DNA of 64,000 bases, filler included, from Dirinaria sp. TL-2023a (GCA_051941275.1; 4 parts of 4 records of this genome joined end to end with filler, not necessarily neighbours in it); one strand, 5' to 3'. Positions 39,201 through 53,700 are shown, counted from the first letter of the whole stretch. Notes: generated from the sequence alone by a model not told the origin. Numbers and translations are program-made.

Positions 39201-42200
39201 TGCTTTACCTTGTGATGGCAGGTCTTCGGTGACGAAAGCTGAGCTGGGCGGTAAGGCGTTCGGCCAACAAGGGAAGGATCAGCCACTGGCGTTTCAGGCC
39301 AGTCAACTCATTACTATAAGTAGGGGTGTCAGCTGCTTCACCGGCACTCAACCATGCCCCAGCCTGGTCGGAAAGAGCTTGCTACGTAGATAGATTTTGA
39401 TCACAGCGCACCCCGGTGATGAGTGCCATACAATAAGCTCTTTTTCCGCTGCTCCCCATGGCAGCCTTACGTCGCAAGAAGTGTTTAGGTCAATATTTAG
39501 CTTTCCCAAGCCAGTAGTATTGTGAAGGGGAACAGGACCTCTTGCGTGTCACTTACCTGAAAGCTGGTCCGAAATATTGTGCATGTAAATGATGCACCGC
39601 GCAGCTAAACAAGCGTCATCATCCCTTTTGATTGCTACCCGCTAATTGGATGGTCATGATTCCCTCTCCTGTCATGCATGTCCAAAGGTATCTCCTCCTC
39701 GCGTCCCGATGTTGCATGCGTCCTTTTGCCACCGAAACTGTTTAGTGATGTTCATTCCCGTCTCTCGATTGTTCTTGTGCGTTCTGTCTGAGACTTGCGA
39801 TGCCCAATTTGATGGATGTGGATCCCTCGTAACTCGTGTTGACTTGAGTTTTTTCTAGAGACATCATTGCGAATAGAAGTTATTACGAAATTTTGGTTCA
39901 AAGGTATACTCATAGTATGATCAAATCTGCTCTTTACTAGGCACCCGTTTCGCTCCAAGGTTCTGCAGGTAAATTCAGGCCAGTGCAGACATTTAGCTGT
40001 CATGTGCAAGTGACAGGCACTATTGCTGATCAAGACCGAGTGAGTGCGTCAACGCAAGCAGCGTACATGTCAATCATGTCGAAAATAACCTTGCGCAAAC
40101 GAGTAATCAGTAGCGGTGAAGATGAACGAACAAATATGCTTCAGAACGTCATCAATGCTCTCGATTCGGCATGCCTATCAGAAATTGCAATTGAATCCTT
40201 CAGCGCTACTGCATGGAAAATTCCTGGATTAGCGTCGCCCGGTTTCTTAGACAAAATTGTTTGCGCAATGTAATACTTCGGCAAATTAACAGTATGGAGC
40301 ATAACGCCATGTCTGCATGGGACGTGCTATGAGCACATCCAATGATGCGAGTCTTTGTGTACTCTTGCCATCAGCTCTGTGCATTCGCCAAGGTTGCGAG
40401 AGTCGTAGAGGACCGGCATCTCTGCCAGAGCGTTCCGATATTGTTCCTCGCATAAAGGAGCGGCGGGACCTGTAGAACTTATGTATATCTAATAATAGTG
40501 TCGCGAAAAGATGTAACCTCATTCGCAAGGGCATCAATGAACGGACCGCTTACGCTCCAGAAGGTAAGGATGCCTTTTCACCTATGAGGGCTATAATCCA
40601 ATGAGATGGCCTGTTCATTGGTCGAGGACATGCCCTGCAATAGGCCCCCTGCGAGTCTTGTCAGAGAATAGGATACGAACAAATTGAGAGGCAGTCATTC
40701 GCTACTAGGTTGCCAACAAAGTGGTCAGGGGAAGCGTTTCCTCAGCGCTATCTGATGCATGATTCTTTAATTCTGCTCCGTGAGCTGGGGCTACTCAGTC
40801 TTGGCGGGCTTACTCAGTCTATTTACCAGCCAGACCCTCCCAGCGTGGCCTGCTCCAGCTATGTACATCCGTGTAGAAGAAAACTTCTGTGGCTAGACTG
40901 AGAGTACTGTTCCGAGGCCGAAAGAATCGGCGGTCAGCCAGTCGATCACCCTTTGGCCAGTACTCAACTGTCTGTGCGTCGAGAACAGAACATTGAAGTG
41001 TGACCTAAGCACTAGCGCGGGTCCTAGTGGCAGGAAGTCCCCCTTAATGCTATGTCGAAGATACCGGGCTGGTTTCAATACCTTCTGCGAGACGTTCTTC
41101 TAGCCAAGCTCGTGAAAATGTCGGTAGGCCGGAACGTGGTGGACCCTCTGCGATGCAAGTTTCCTCTTCCCCTTCTAGCGCTTGACTGACTCGGCGCGCG
41201 TGGGACACCAGAGACAATGTCAACCTCCGGACGATGCAAACGCTAGCCAGCAGTGCTTTTGACACTCGGACTCTCGCATGATGTCTGCAAATCCCAGGGA
41301 CCCGGATAGACCCCACGATGCTCTACTCTGCGTATCTAGGAGCGCGTTGCGTCCGAGCGAATGGTAGCGTACTTAAATACACTTTCGTGCCACTACCTGA
41401 CGTCGCTAACATCACTCACAGACTCTTCATCTTCGAGACATCTCACTTGTGTCAAACTCGTCACACCTGGAGTATCAAAGATCACACTGCGTACGGTGGC
41501 TTCATAGCTTCGCAGCCTGGACCCAACAAAAAAAAGTGTATGCGCAAGGATGGACATATACAACGGGAGCCTTCAGTACACAGACATCGGGTTGGGGAAC
41601 TTTGAGTGGACTTCTTCTCAGGAACACGCGCTGTGAGTGACCTGCGGACTCTTTCCAAAAGGTAGTAGCACTAAGCGAAAAGGGCAGTTTTCCAGGCCTT
41701 AGGAGCCAAAACACGAACTTAACGACCCCACAACGTGTTCGAAATGTAATCCTCCTAGGATGCATTGGTGAGCGACCAGAGGTCATTAACTCCGGGAACC
41801 CCACTGGCCCAAAGCCCAAACCGCCTGGGCATCCGAAACCGAGCCCTCCTCCACAGCCTTTCGAGGGATATTGCGAGAACAAAAGCCCTCGTTGCCGATA
41901 CCGTCTGCAGCACAGCTTCTTCTTCGAAATCAAGTTCAAGATGGCGGCTTACACTTGGAGGAGATAGCGATTCTCTATGTGATTCGTTGGTCACTTGGAT
42001 GAGGCTTTGGAAATGGCTCGGCTACTTACGAAGATGTTGGTAAGGAAGGTGGCATTCACAGTTCTACGTCCTTCGCGACTGATCTTGTACAGCTGCCCAT
42101 GGATACTTACACCAAGGCTACGAATTGATCCAATGGCCACCTTGTCCATGCCCAGGATTGACATAGAGGTTCTGCATTGAGGAAGGATCGTTGGTATCAA

Positions 42201-42345
42201 CCGAAGAAAGCGCAAGGGTCTGGTTTATAGTCAGCCTTTAGGGATATCCCATGAATAGCTATCAGACCCTAATCGGCCCAATCGTAAGTCCAAGACTTAC
42301 CTCCATTGATGTACACGTGCCTGTTCGATTATACTTTGTCACACA

Positions 42346-44910
42346 TCACGCAATCGTCTGGCTCTCTGGATACCCGAAAGGAAAGTCGATGAGCCCATCT
42401 AACGTCCAAGCTAGAGGGTCGAAAACTTCGTAGGTTACATCTCCGAAGACGTTACTATCCGCAATAAGAGCTGGAGGTGCTAAGCTGGGGTCCATGGCGG
42501 AGTTGGCGGAGCTCTCTGCAGCAGAGTCCGGATTTGTTGGATTAGTAAGCGCAACTACTGGCTTGATTAATGACTACGAAAACTCGAGAGAGAAGATGTT
42601 CCTACCTTCGAGGTTGCCTCGTCCTTTGGCCTGGAACTCCTCCCTCCACCGCCATACTGAATCGTACACAAGGCTCATGCTTGCTCGACATCGAACTTTG
42701 AGCTGCAACGAGCTATCGCCGATCGCGTTACCTCGCTGAGCCACTCTCGAGCCTGCGCCACCACTCTTCCATAATTGCGCTAAGACCTCTGCCAATCGGC
42801 TGGGTAGGTCATTGTTAGTGACACTTATCGATCGAATCAACCATATACAGCGACTGAACAGGAGCTTTCCATAGTCAAGGTCGACATGGCTGGCAAAGAC
42901 GCTGTTTAGCAGCTTCAGGAGAGCAAAACCGGCCGCAACAACCATTTGTAGAATATAATTCGTGGCATAGGCCGCGATGACTCCAGCTGGCGTCTGAATA
43001 GTCAACGCACTCTCCAGAAAGGTAGTTGTTGACCACCAGAGAGACAAAAGATCATTTTGATAGTCTTTCGACGCAGGAGACGCGAAAAATACCGAGAGCC
43101 GAAGGTGGAGCTTCGCAGCGCGCAGATAAAGTGTGTTGATGGCTAGTGCGTTAATCAGCATCTTGCAAAATTTGATCTCAAATTAGGAGGGTAAACACTA
43201 GATGGTGGTATGCTCTGGAGGGCTGGTTGACTTGCCTGTAGGCTTCGCATCGGACTGAAACTTCGCCTCAAGATCCTTAAGATCCTGCACGAGAAGTGTT
43301 GTGAGGGCTGATCTCTCTACGTCGCTCGGCAATCCTACTGGGTCAGAGTCATTGGTATAGAGTGCCTTGGTTACTTTGTTACAGAACTTCTCTATCATGA
43401 GTCGCCCCTCCGCCTCTTCTGGAAGCTTGAAGCTGGTCTCGTTAGAGATTGTCGGAGCTAGTGTCCAGTCGTAGACAGTGTTTGGGGGCTGCCCATATCC
43501 AGTGGCAACTCTGGAGGTTCTTATTAGTGATTCATCTTGTGATATTACAATATCAACGACTTACCGTTGAGCCACTGCGTTACAGGAGGCCCAGGTCCGA
43601 ACCCTGTCCCTTAGCTCCTCTTCCCTCAATTCTACTTTGAATTTGGTAAAGTCTTGAGCGTGTGAAGGTCTGTGGATGCCTATTTGCATTGCAATCTGCA
43701 TCATCACTCCACTCAAAATAAATGTAGGGTCTGCAGACGTGCTGCTGATGGGCAATGGCCATGTGCAGAGTAAGCATAAAGCTTTGACCACGACATAATT
43801 TTGAGGCACATCGGCCAACGTTGCCCAAAGTAAGCGAGAAATTGGCGCGCAAAGGGAAGTAAGAAGTCTCGGGTCTGCCTCGTAATGTCTTGCGCCAACG
43901 CTGATGAGGACCCAGAAAAGCAGAGGAGAGGCCTCGAAGAACTCGTCAGGGCTCTTGCGCGGATCGAGGACTGGCAAGAATGGATGGTATAAAGTGAAGT
44001 ATCTAGACGTAAGCGTTAGAAAGTAGATTAATGGTCGCACGTGGACGTCAACCTACCGCCGGAATAGGTCATGGACATGATCGTTGATCAAAATCACATT
44101 CTCGAGCCTACGCGAGGGAGAGCCGTGCCCACTGGCGCCCCGCAGAAAAGGCGCGCCATCAATGCCGGAACCAGCACGCAGCTCCATAAGGGAAGCCACC
44201 GCTTCGTGCGAGCCAATATACTGGTCCATTGAGGAGCGCATCCGAGGCATGGGGGGGCTCTCGTTCGCGCTAGGCGAAGATTTTATATAAGGTGTAGGCG
44301 TGGTTGGAGAAGCTTGCTGACTTGAGAGCTGCTTCCTCAGCTCTACAATCTCACGTTCCATCTCGGCGTTCTTGCTGCGTTTCCCCACCCGCTTGAAATT
44401 GGCGTCTATTTTGCATTCGAGACTGAGGCGTTGACATCTTCGACAAGGGACGTAGTGTGGCTCTGTAAGGACATCGCATCGCAGCTACATGTGAATCAGC
44501 ATGTTGCCGACTGTTGTTGTGGGGGACGGAGTCTTTCCAATGACCTTCTGCTGACGGCACTCGTTGCATGCTCGTTTTACCCCAGGTAATCTCCTCTTAT
44601 CTTCCGAGCCACCAGGACCATCTTCGCCGCTTTCTGGCGAGACAACACCAGCACCTTCAAGGGTCCTTTTCCGGCCTCTCCCTCCTGCTGGCTTGGTGGT
44701 TATTGGAGTGGACGTAGGGCTTACTGAGCCAATACTGCCCTTGGCAGCTTTAGGTTCCGGTGGCAGAGAAGCTCCAGCCTCCGGCAGGCCGCTCATAGGT
44801 TCGGGCGCCGTGCGATGGGAGTCTCCGATGTCGCTGATGCTGGTACGATGTCGAAGTGGGGCAGATACAGATGTGGTTTGGGTGGTCTTGGCAAAGATGA
44901 TATCATACAT
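42346..44910 (-). CDS. Zn2Cys6 transcription factor, Leu3/LeuB-like (multi-exon; start uncertain, 44910 or 44796)
   Basis: KRACNECRQQK|LRCDV...PCRRCQRLSLECKIDANFKRVGKRSKNAEMERE; fungal TF middle domain YFTLYHPFLPVLD; VRCRASMSLVYDSVWRWREEF; acidic tail VFDPLAWTLDG. Confidence 0.85.
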
Positions 44911-45387
44911 GGATGTAGCCGAGGCTGAACGACTTCAGGCCAAGCAGCCAAGGCAAGTACGAGTCAATTGGAAGTCGGGTATTGGGAAGAATATCAATCG
45001 TCTTCAGAAATCGCTAAATTGCATCATCCAGCCGATCACAGATGTCTGAGAAGGGACAGGAAAAGAGTGTCAAGAAAAGGCTCGATCCAATCCGCAAGGC
45101 AAACATGACTCATAGCACAGCTTATTCACAGCCTGCGTTATCCAAGGATGAAGTCCAATTCGTGAAAGACAAGCCGATCGCTATCAAAGGTAGATATTAC
45201 CGCGTGGCAGATACATCGTCTCCTCAGGACGAACTGATCAATGCCATAAGTTTGTACGTTCTCCTCGTCCCAAACAGCACAACCTTTTCTCAAACCCTCT
45301 TCGCTTTCCCAAATTACAGCCCGACAAAAGTATAGATGATCTGGATGAAGACTTCGGACGATTTCGCTTCGCTTCGCTTCGTGGATC

Positions 45388-46849
45388 TTACATACGAACC
45401 ATGAGCTTGAAGCCTGTTCTGGAGATCCTCGCCATTGTAAGAACGAGACCCCCAGCTACAATGACCGTTGCAGCCCACATCTGCGCGTTGAGATAACATC
45501 CATTGTCACGCTGTATCAGTGCCCCTCCTAGAGGCGGCCCGGTTAAGACAGCAATGCTGGTCACGCTGAATATCATACCCATCCTTACACCCGTCCTCTT
45601 CAGATCTGTGGTCAAGCCTGCAATCATCGCGGCAAAAAGGCCCTGCATACCGGCTGTAAACCAGCCATAGAGTACAGACCAAGCCAACATAGCTTCGTGA
45701 GATCGCACAGCAGCCCAGCAATACAGGATGATACCCGTGATCATCGCACAAGGGATGACATAATTGAATGGGCCACACCATCTGTCGGATATATATCCAG
45801 GTATAAGACGCCCAAAGAAGCCTATACCATTCATGATAAGCACGAGATTGATGGAGTCTGCCTGTTTCAAGTGGATGATATCGCGACCAAAGGAACCGAT
45901 GTAGAAATAACCAAAGTATTGGCCCCAAAACATCAGAAATACTCCAACCGCGAAAAGAGAATAAGTTGTCTCGCGGAACGCGCTGATTTCGAGCAGGGGA
46001 CCAGCTTTTCTTGGTGGTATTCGTGTCCTCATGATTGCTATATTAAGTACGGCAATTCCAAGCATCAAAAAACCCAAAGCGCGCATTGTCCACGGGAACC
46101 CAATCCTCGGTAACAAAGTTTCCACCATAGCAGGGAAGACCATTCCTCCGGTAGCGTTACCGGATGCTGCGACGGCAAGGGCCAATGCTCTGTTTTTGTC
46201 AAAGTACGTCGAGATCAAAGCAAAGGCTGGACAGAATAGTAAGCCGTTGCCGGTACCAGTACACAGCCCCTGCGCTAGGAAGATTTGCCAGTATTCGGTG
46301 CAGAAAGAAGTCATAAAGATCCCGACCAGTTGCAACACCGAACCCGTGACGAATGTAATCCTAAAATAACCGGCATCGGTGGCTCGTCCAGACACTGATC
46401 CAATCATGAGAAGAAGAAAAATCTGAACAGAGCCAATCCACGATACGGCAGATGGCGATTCCCTAAAAGCCGTGACATAGTATATCTCATATTCATCAGT
46501 CACAATAAACATCGACAGACGTGTGACACACTTGGAAGACTCCAAAAGAGTTGATATAGCCCCAAGTGTTAAACACGACTAAATGACCCATCCAAGCCTG
46601 CGTCCACGCCTTCAGTCCACCATCCGGTGGTGGACCAGGATCTTCTGGTTCTCTTGATATCGTTCGGCCCAGGAGTTTTGTCATTGATCCCCCCAATCGC
46701 GAAAAATTCTTCACCTTATCTTCAATCCGGACCGGCTCGCCGTATTCGCTTGCGGATTGCTCACTGGGGCCATTTCCTGCGGCAATGGGGCTTTCTGCTG
46801 AAATTACGTGGGCCCGTACCTCCTTATGCTGCACGTTGGAACTGTTCAT
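45388..46849 (-). CDS. MFS monocarboxylate-porter family transporter (Mch-like); one intron ~46482-46529
   Basis: PPPDGGLKAW, FNTWGYINSFGVFQ, SAVSWIGSVQ, SGRATDAG, about 12 hydrophobic segments, LTGPPLGGALI. Confidence 0.9.
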
Positions 46850-47425
46850 GATTCAATTCTCATTTGTGCGCTGATATGGTTACGGCAAATTTCTTTAGAT
46901 ATGGAGAACGCTATGGTTCTAGAGGTACGAAAGGACGGGTGCGAATTCCAGAGAAGTTGAGAAATGCGTGAGCCATTAAAGAGGAAACAATATCTCATGA
47001 TATGATATCGGTCTTCTCTCCACCTCCGATGATCGGATTTATAAGCCAATGGCTCTGAGACATGGCAGGCAAGAGCCCAACCACTACCACCAGAGCTTAT
47101 CGTTATCTCTACACATCCAACAAATCAGTGCAGTGCAAACCCAGACATGGAATCTCCAAGGTAGGCATTATCCAGCGTATGCCGTTCTACCCGTACTTTC
47201 ATGTCCATGTCTTTGTGATGCTGCGGAGTCTCGGCTACCGACGCTTGGGAACGGCACGATACTCGATCCAGAAGGATTTCGGAGAAGCCAGAAAGATGTC
47301 TTGGCATTTCTTCTGCCTGTGGAAAAGGTGCTGTGCACTATTTCTGTTGATCATTGACTTCAAAGGCATTCAAAAGCAGTAAGAAGATCTCTAGAGAGCT
47401 TGCTATACGCACTTGCGCTACTTAC

Positions 47426-48943
47426 TCAATCCTTTTCATTCGCTCTGACAACTTCCATAAGACCCATGGCACTCCCAACTGGAAGCTTATAACCCTTCAG
47501 CTTCAGTTTCGGCGTTGTGTTCTCAAAGAGCTGGATCCAATCTTCCATTTCACGCTCACGGCTATTCAAGTTTTGCGCCATGGTCAGATCCGTCGCGCGC
47601 ATGATAGCCTCACGCAATGGTGGCTCCGTTCCCGGTGCGGGCATCAGCTGATCCATGATCAGGATGCGGGCGCCGGGCTTGATCAAAGCGGTAGTCAAGT
47701 GCTGCAGAATGATACAAGCTTCAGCTTTGGGCCAGTCGTGCAGGATACGGCGTAGGAAAAAGATATCTGTGCGTGCGGCCACGTCTGTGGGCTGTGGCTT
47801 GAAGAAGTCATACGCGACGAAGGAAAGGCGCGAAGAGACTTCAGGATCAAGAGCGGAGCAGATCTTTGAGGCATCTGCGATGGTGCCAGGTAGATCCTGG
47901 ACTGTGTAGTGGAGTTTAGGGTACTGCTTTAGAAGGAGGATGGCTACTTGTCCCGTGGAACCGCCAACCTAGATCACTTATCAGAGGCGGTAAAGACATA
48001 AAAACCAAATAGCCTGCCGGTCGGTGACAAATGTTCCAAGGGCCTTTTACCTCGACAATATTTGCCTCTCCAAGCTTGTCAAAGTCAAAAGCAGTGAGCA
48101 CGTGGTCCGGCCTCAGTTCTTCACTTTCATTTCGGCTGCGCATGTATCTCGCGAAGAGACCTGTTCTGTCACTGGACGACGCTAGATAGTCAAAGAACGA
48201 TGAGTCCGTATCGAACGCAACGTTAAACGCTGTTTCACTCGTGGAGCTGGTGTCGCCCCAGCGCTGCGTGGCTTCGGAAAAGGCATGTGCTATAGGTGCT
48301 GAGTAGGTTGTGGCAAACTCCGCCCAGTCGAAGTACTGCGGATGGTACAAAAATTGCGCCGAAATGCGACTATGTGCGACATTGTCAGGAGGCACCACGC
48401 GGAGAAAGTTCATTGTGGCAGTCATGAGCGCGACGCTCTTCAACCGAGAGACGGCAACTTTCGCAGACGAGGCCACAGTCTCCCAGGAGGCGCCGTCTTC
48501 CGTGAGAGGGATGTGATGAAGGATCTTAAAATGAATGAGCCATCGGAGGCACGCTAGTTGTTGATACTGAGATAGCCATTGTGTTAGATCTTGTCTCAAA
48601 AGTGAAACCAGGTTAGCTGGAAATCATTCCGAAACACGAATGAGATCCCAATAAGGTGATAGACGAAAGAGAAGCTTATCGGCTATACATTGATACGATG
48701 CTGCGCCAATAGGTTCCCGGGCGCTGCACATAGCCACTGAAGTTCCCAGCTGCTCTCAAGCAAGGATCTGCGCGCCCGCAGGATCTCGTCCGGGGCCCCC
48801 CGAGGGACTAATTCTTCCAGAGGGGACAAAGACTCATCATCTTTGCGTGATCGCTTCCCTGATTCTGTCAAGTATTCGCCGAGTATCTGAGCATTTTCTT
48901 GGATTAGTTGGGCGAGCCCTTCCAGTCGTTCCTTCACATCCAT
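47426..48943 (-). CDS. SAM-dependent O-methyltransferase of the secondary-metabolite (OmtA-like) type; two introns
   Basis: N-terminal dimerisation region ARRSLLESSWEL, QLACLRWL.HF, NIVE|VGGSTG, VQDLP, YDFFKPQP, FFLRRILHDWP, NSRERE..DW. Confidence 0.88.
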
Positions 48944-50234
48944 GGGCTTCAAAGTCCACTGGGACTGTACCTCGTATTGTCGCTGCTGGGCCTGACTGAT
49001 AGGTATGGCAAAGGGCTCAGAGTCGCTCATCAAAATCAAGATATAAACTTTGCACTTGACTGCACAGGACAATCGAAAGAATGAACACGGAAGCGGAAAT
49101 ATGTCAGACTTTATCGCTATTGAAACATTTCTGAACACAAAAAGTAAGTACCCCGAACTAGTGCATCATTTAATATCCACGTCATGTTGCCTTAGCTATA
49201 TGTATATAGTTTAGAGGATATGTTTATCATGGGCTAGTTTTAGTGTGCTGCCGTTTACAGTTTAACACCCTCCTGCATGCTGACGGTATACCATCAGCAC
49301 TATCTATGCCAGTTTAATAATAGGTTATCCTACCCTGCATGGCACTCTGCCATACTGACCCTGCTGATCTTGCCGTCATTCATGGAAATAATCTCGTTGT
49401 CGTCTATTGAACCATTTTGTCATCTGATTCAGATTGACCTCTCTATACCAACACAGCCGATTCCGCTACAACGATTTTCACATTGGCTTCCTCAACATGC
49501 ATCGGTTCTGGTATAGTCAGTGTTCTGATGAGACGCCGATGAAAGCAGAAACAGAAGACACAGGCATACAATCGCGCTGATGTCTGCGCTACTGAGGAGA
49601 CGATGAGGAAGGTGAAGCGAAAAAATTTGGAGTCAACTCATTATGCTTTAGATCATGACATTTACAAAGATATTCTATCAATCAACGACAACAAGATGCG
49701 ACGAGGAGATCAGGCAGACACATCGACAGACAGACAGATACATAGCGACGACGATGATGAGATGCTGAGCAGCATGGGGGGTAGGATATTTTGCAAGGTA
49801 ACGTGGCGTAGATAGAGCTGTTTATGATATACCATCAGCATGCAGGGAGGGCGGGGGTGGTATATTATTGTAAACTGCAGCACATTAAAACTTGCCCATC
49901 ATAAACTTGTCCTCATCTTCCTTAGTTTACCTAAGATGTCTATGTTAGGAATGTCACATAGATAGGGCAATCCCTCGAAGGTCTAGACTTGTTCTAGTGT
50001 GCTTGGCACGCATAATGTCTTGGCTCAGCACTCAACCAAAAGATTGCGACCTAGTCTGACGGAGATGTTCACTATGAGGAAAAGGTATGTATGACCCATT
50101 ATTAAGCGTGTATATTGACCTCTAGGACCGACGAGTGCGGTACGGGAGTCGAGAGACCTCAAATCAATCATTGTTTACTTAACCTTCTACGCGTGAAGGC
50201 TCGTCGCCGTCACGTACACAAGGGGTATCGTATA

Positions 50235-50334
50235 NNNNNNNNNNNNNNNNNNNNNNNNNNNNNNNNNNNNNNNNNNNNTTAATTAATTAANNNNNNNNNN
50301 NNNNNNNNNNNNNNNNNNNNNNNNNNNNNNNNNN
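50235..50334. other. Artificial contig spacer
   Basis: N-run with the TTAATTAATTAA linker, 100 nt. Confidence 0.97.
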
Positions 50335-50701
50335 CCCCCTCCTCTCACCATCCATCGAAGAGGGAGCTTTTTTTTTTTTAATTTTGCATTTCATATTCTA
50401 GGAATCTTTTCGCTACGTACTTTTAACTATCGCTTTGCGAATTTTTTGAAGTACATGCATAACAAACTACCAGACCCGACCGCTATTTCGGGTTCTCGTT
50501 TGTTCGTTTGTTCGTTTTTTCGTCTTATTGTACAGCCATTTTGTGATGTAAAAGTGATTTGAGTGAAGTTTTTTTTGGGACACCGAATCGAATCGAATCG
50601 CAAAAATTCAGAGAAAAAAAATCTATCGCTCCACGCTTTGCATTCCTAGCCTGCCCTATCCACGCCTTTTTCGATGCTATGCGAGCGGAGGGGATTTAAA
50701 A

Positions 50702-53700
50702 TCACGTCCTACGATACCGATAAAGCTCGCTCAAGAAGTCATGTTGGAAGATCTCGCCTTTGCAGCGGTCGTCCCTGAAAATGAACGTGAGCATCTCCAT
50801 CAGGCGGTCGGTGGTGGGTGGATTCATCTCGGCCTTGGAGTGGGTGAAGAGGTGCTCGAGGGCGGCGATGATCTGGGGCATGTGCGCGAGGACGACGGGC
50901 TCTTCTTTTGCGTCTGTGTGTTTTTGGTTAGTCGAGACACTTTTTTCTTTTTTTGGGGGGGCGTTTGGAAAAAGGAGGGGGATTATGGTATGGTGCTTAC
51001 AGAGGTCTGACAACATGAACCAGACTGGCTCGTTCTCCTGGAAGTCTTCTTTAAGCGGTAAGAGGTTGACGAGAGCTGGTACAACGGCGTTGATAGGAAC
51101 GTGCTCTTGATGGCTCATTATCATCCGGCTAACGCAGCCGGCTGCATTGTCCACCGCACGAGCGTTGTCCGTCCGGAGTAAGGGCTCCAGCTTTGCGAGA
51201 ATGGTGGGAAAGGCCTTGGTTATTTCCGGTTTGCTTTTGCTCTTCTCCTGCAGGAGACCGATCCCGTAGGCGGCATTGGCTTTCGTCTCGTGGTCTTCGT
51301 CGCTGAGGCGGTGGAGCAGTAGTTTGAGTAGGGTCGTGGTGCATGGTGTAATAGACTCGCCCGTTTCACGGACTACTTCGGCGATGACACCCACCGCGGT
51401 TGAGCGCTCGACGTGATCACTCGAGCTGGCGTACTTCATGATCGGCTTCTCGAACATGTCCCACAGCTTTATAAAGGTCGGTCCCAGCGCGGTTGCAAGG
51501 CCGATGACAGCCTCAAGAGCTGTGTCGAGCATCACGTATTCGTACTCGGCGGATTCGGTGCCAGTGGCTTCATCGTCTTCATCATCTGAAGCTTCGCCGG
51601 AGAGCTGGCAAGGATGTTTGTGTGTGAGCATCTCAACGAGAGTTTCCGTTACTGTTTTTAGCGTCGAGGTAGGTGCAACGATGCAGGGGCCAGCCACTTT
51701 GAGAGTCGCGCCAAGGAAGCGCGAGGTCTCCGTTACCGAAGATCTGCATTGAGAGGAGAATTAGCAGAGAGACCTTTGATGGATGGGATAGACTGCATAA
51801 AAGCAATTGGATGAGGGCGGTCAGCAGTAGATGATTCGTCTTCTCAACAATGGGTACGCTTGGTACTTCTGAGTGAGCTGGGATTAACGATAGGTGTGTC
51901 ATCATGTCAAAGAAGATAAAGGTGCTAAAGACTTTGGGGGAAACATACGGCTCATCATCCTCAGGCCAGCTTGCCAACACGGCCTTCATGATCATTTCTC
52001 CGAGCGCAATAACCTCATCGGTCGGCCTGCTCTGCAGGGGCAGACCAGGCGACCATTCCTTGAACTCGTCCGGCTGAAGCTCCCAGCAAGAGTTGTATAG
52101 ACGGAATAACGTCCCAGTTGCCGCGCGCCTCACGCCTTCATAATGATGCTCCACAAGTGGTAGCACAATCTTCAAAGCCTTGTCCAGATACGGCGTGAAT
52201 TCGTTCGTCAAATGGCTCATCATGTCTCCCAGCACCTCAACAGCGATCTCTTTCTCTTGCGCAACAGCAGTGACGGCCTGCAACTCATCATCCCAGTCTT
52301 CGTCATCGTCATCTAGCTCGGCGACATCAACATCCTCAATATCACTCCCGCCATTAATCTCCTCGTCGCTCATTTCGGCAACTTTGATTTTCTTTCCGCC
52401 GATGATAACCTCTTTCCCTGCAAGGTCTGCGGCATTAGCGCCGAGGTCGACCTCCAACTCTGACTCTTCCGCCTCGAGAGATTCGAAAAGACATTTCAGC
52501 GCACCGTCAAGGAAGGGCTTGAACTCGGCGCCGTAGTTTTTGGCCATATTACCCCAGAAGAGAAAACTAGTTTCCTTGAGCTTGGGATGATCGAGATGCA
52601 TGGCCTCCCCAGTAGCCTCCATCATGGGGCGCACGTAGGGCTGGAATGGTTCGGGACCCACGGCCAGAGCTATGAAGCCCATAGCATCGCAGGTGGTGCA
52701 CCTCAAGTCGAGCTCATCGTCACTCCCTTTGATCCGGACGTAATCTGACCATACTTTCATTGTGTGCTCGAAGTACGGGACGAAGGCGTCTTCGGCAGCA
52801 CCAGCGATAGAGCCAATAGCTTCGATTGCTGCAGCTTTGATCTTGAGATCGGGATGTGAGAAGAGTCTGCTCATGCGTGGGTAAACTTCCTTTAGAAGAT
52901 TTTTAAGGTCATCTTCCTCCATTCCTTCAGCTACTGTTCCGAGCGCATTGCAGCTCGCTTTGATTATGCCGATATTAACCTCGTCACTTGGCGTGGTGAG
53001 GCCATGAACCGCCCTATCCATTGTTTTGACGAGAGCCGGAGTGAGCTCTTGATGCTGTTTAGCCAGGTCTTCGGAAAGATCCTCTCCCATCTTGATCAAG
53101 CAGTCCAGCGCAGCGCGTCGAACCCGGGGGTGGTTGTCAGCAAGGAGGCGTACTATCAATGGGATGATCTCTGAAAGCTGGGTTGTCACAAAGCCTGGAG
53201 CACCCTCGACACACATTGCCAAGGCCAGGATGCCAGCTCGTCTACGGTCTGTATTGTCGCTATTGACGTACGCTCCCATCGCGTTCAGAAGCGGGACGAC
53301 AACTTGACTCGGAGGGAGTTTTTCGGCCAGAATAGTTAGTAGGCCAAGAGCCGATCGTGAGGGATTGATTTCGTCGTCGTCATCGTCCGGGTCTTCTCCG
53401 AGCTCGGTCGCAATCTCCAAGCACTTCACAGTGATTTCCTCTCCCAGCTTAAGACCCAGGATTTTCAACGGGCGAAGATGGACGGCTGCCATCAAGAAGC
53501 TTATAGCCTGTGTACGATAGTCTTCATCCAATGCCTTCTCGGCGGCGACTTGGATCATGAAATGTACCAGATCTTGAAAGTATTTGTTCAAGACCTGAGC
53601 ATCACATGATAGTAGTGTCTGAAACACCTCGAAGGCTTGTAGCACACGATCTTCGTCATCTATGTCGATCGCAGCCTTGATAACGCGAACCATGTGTGGT

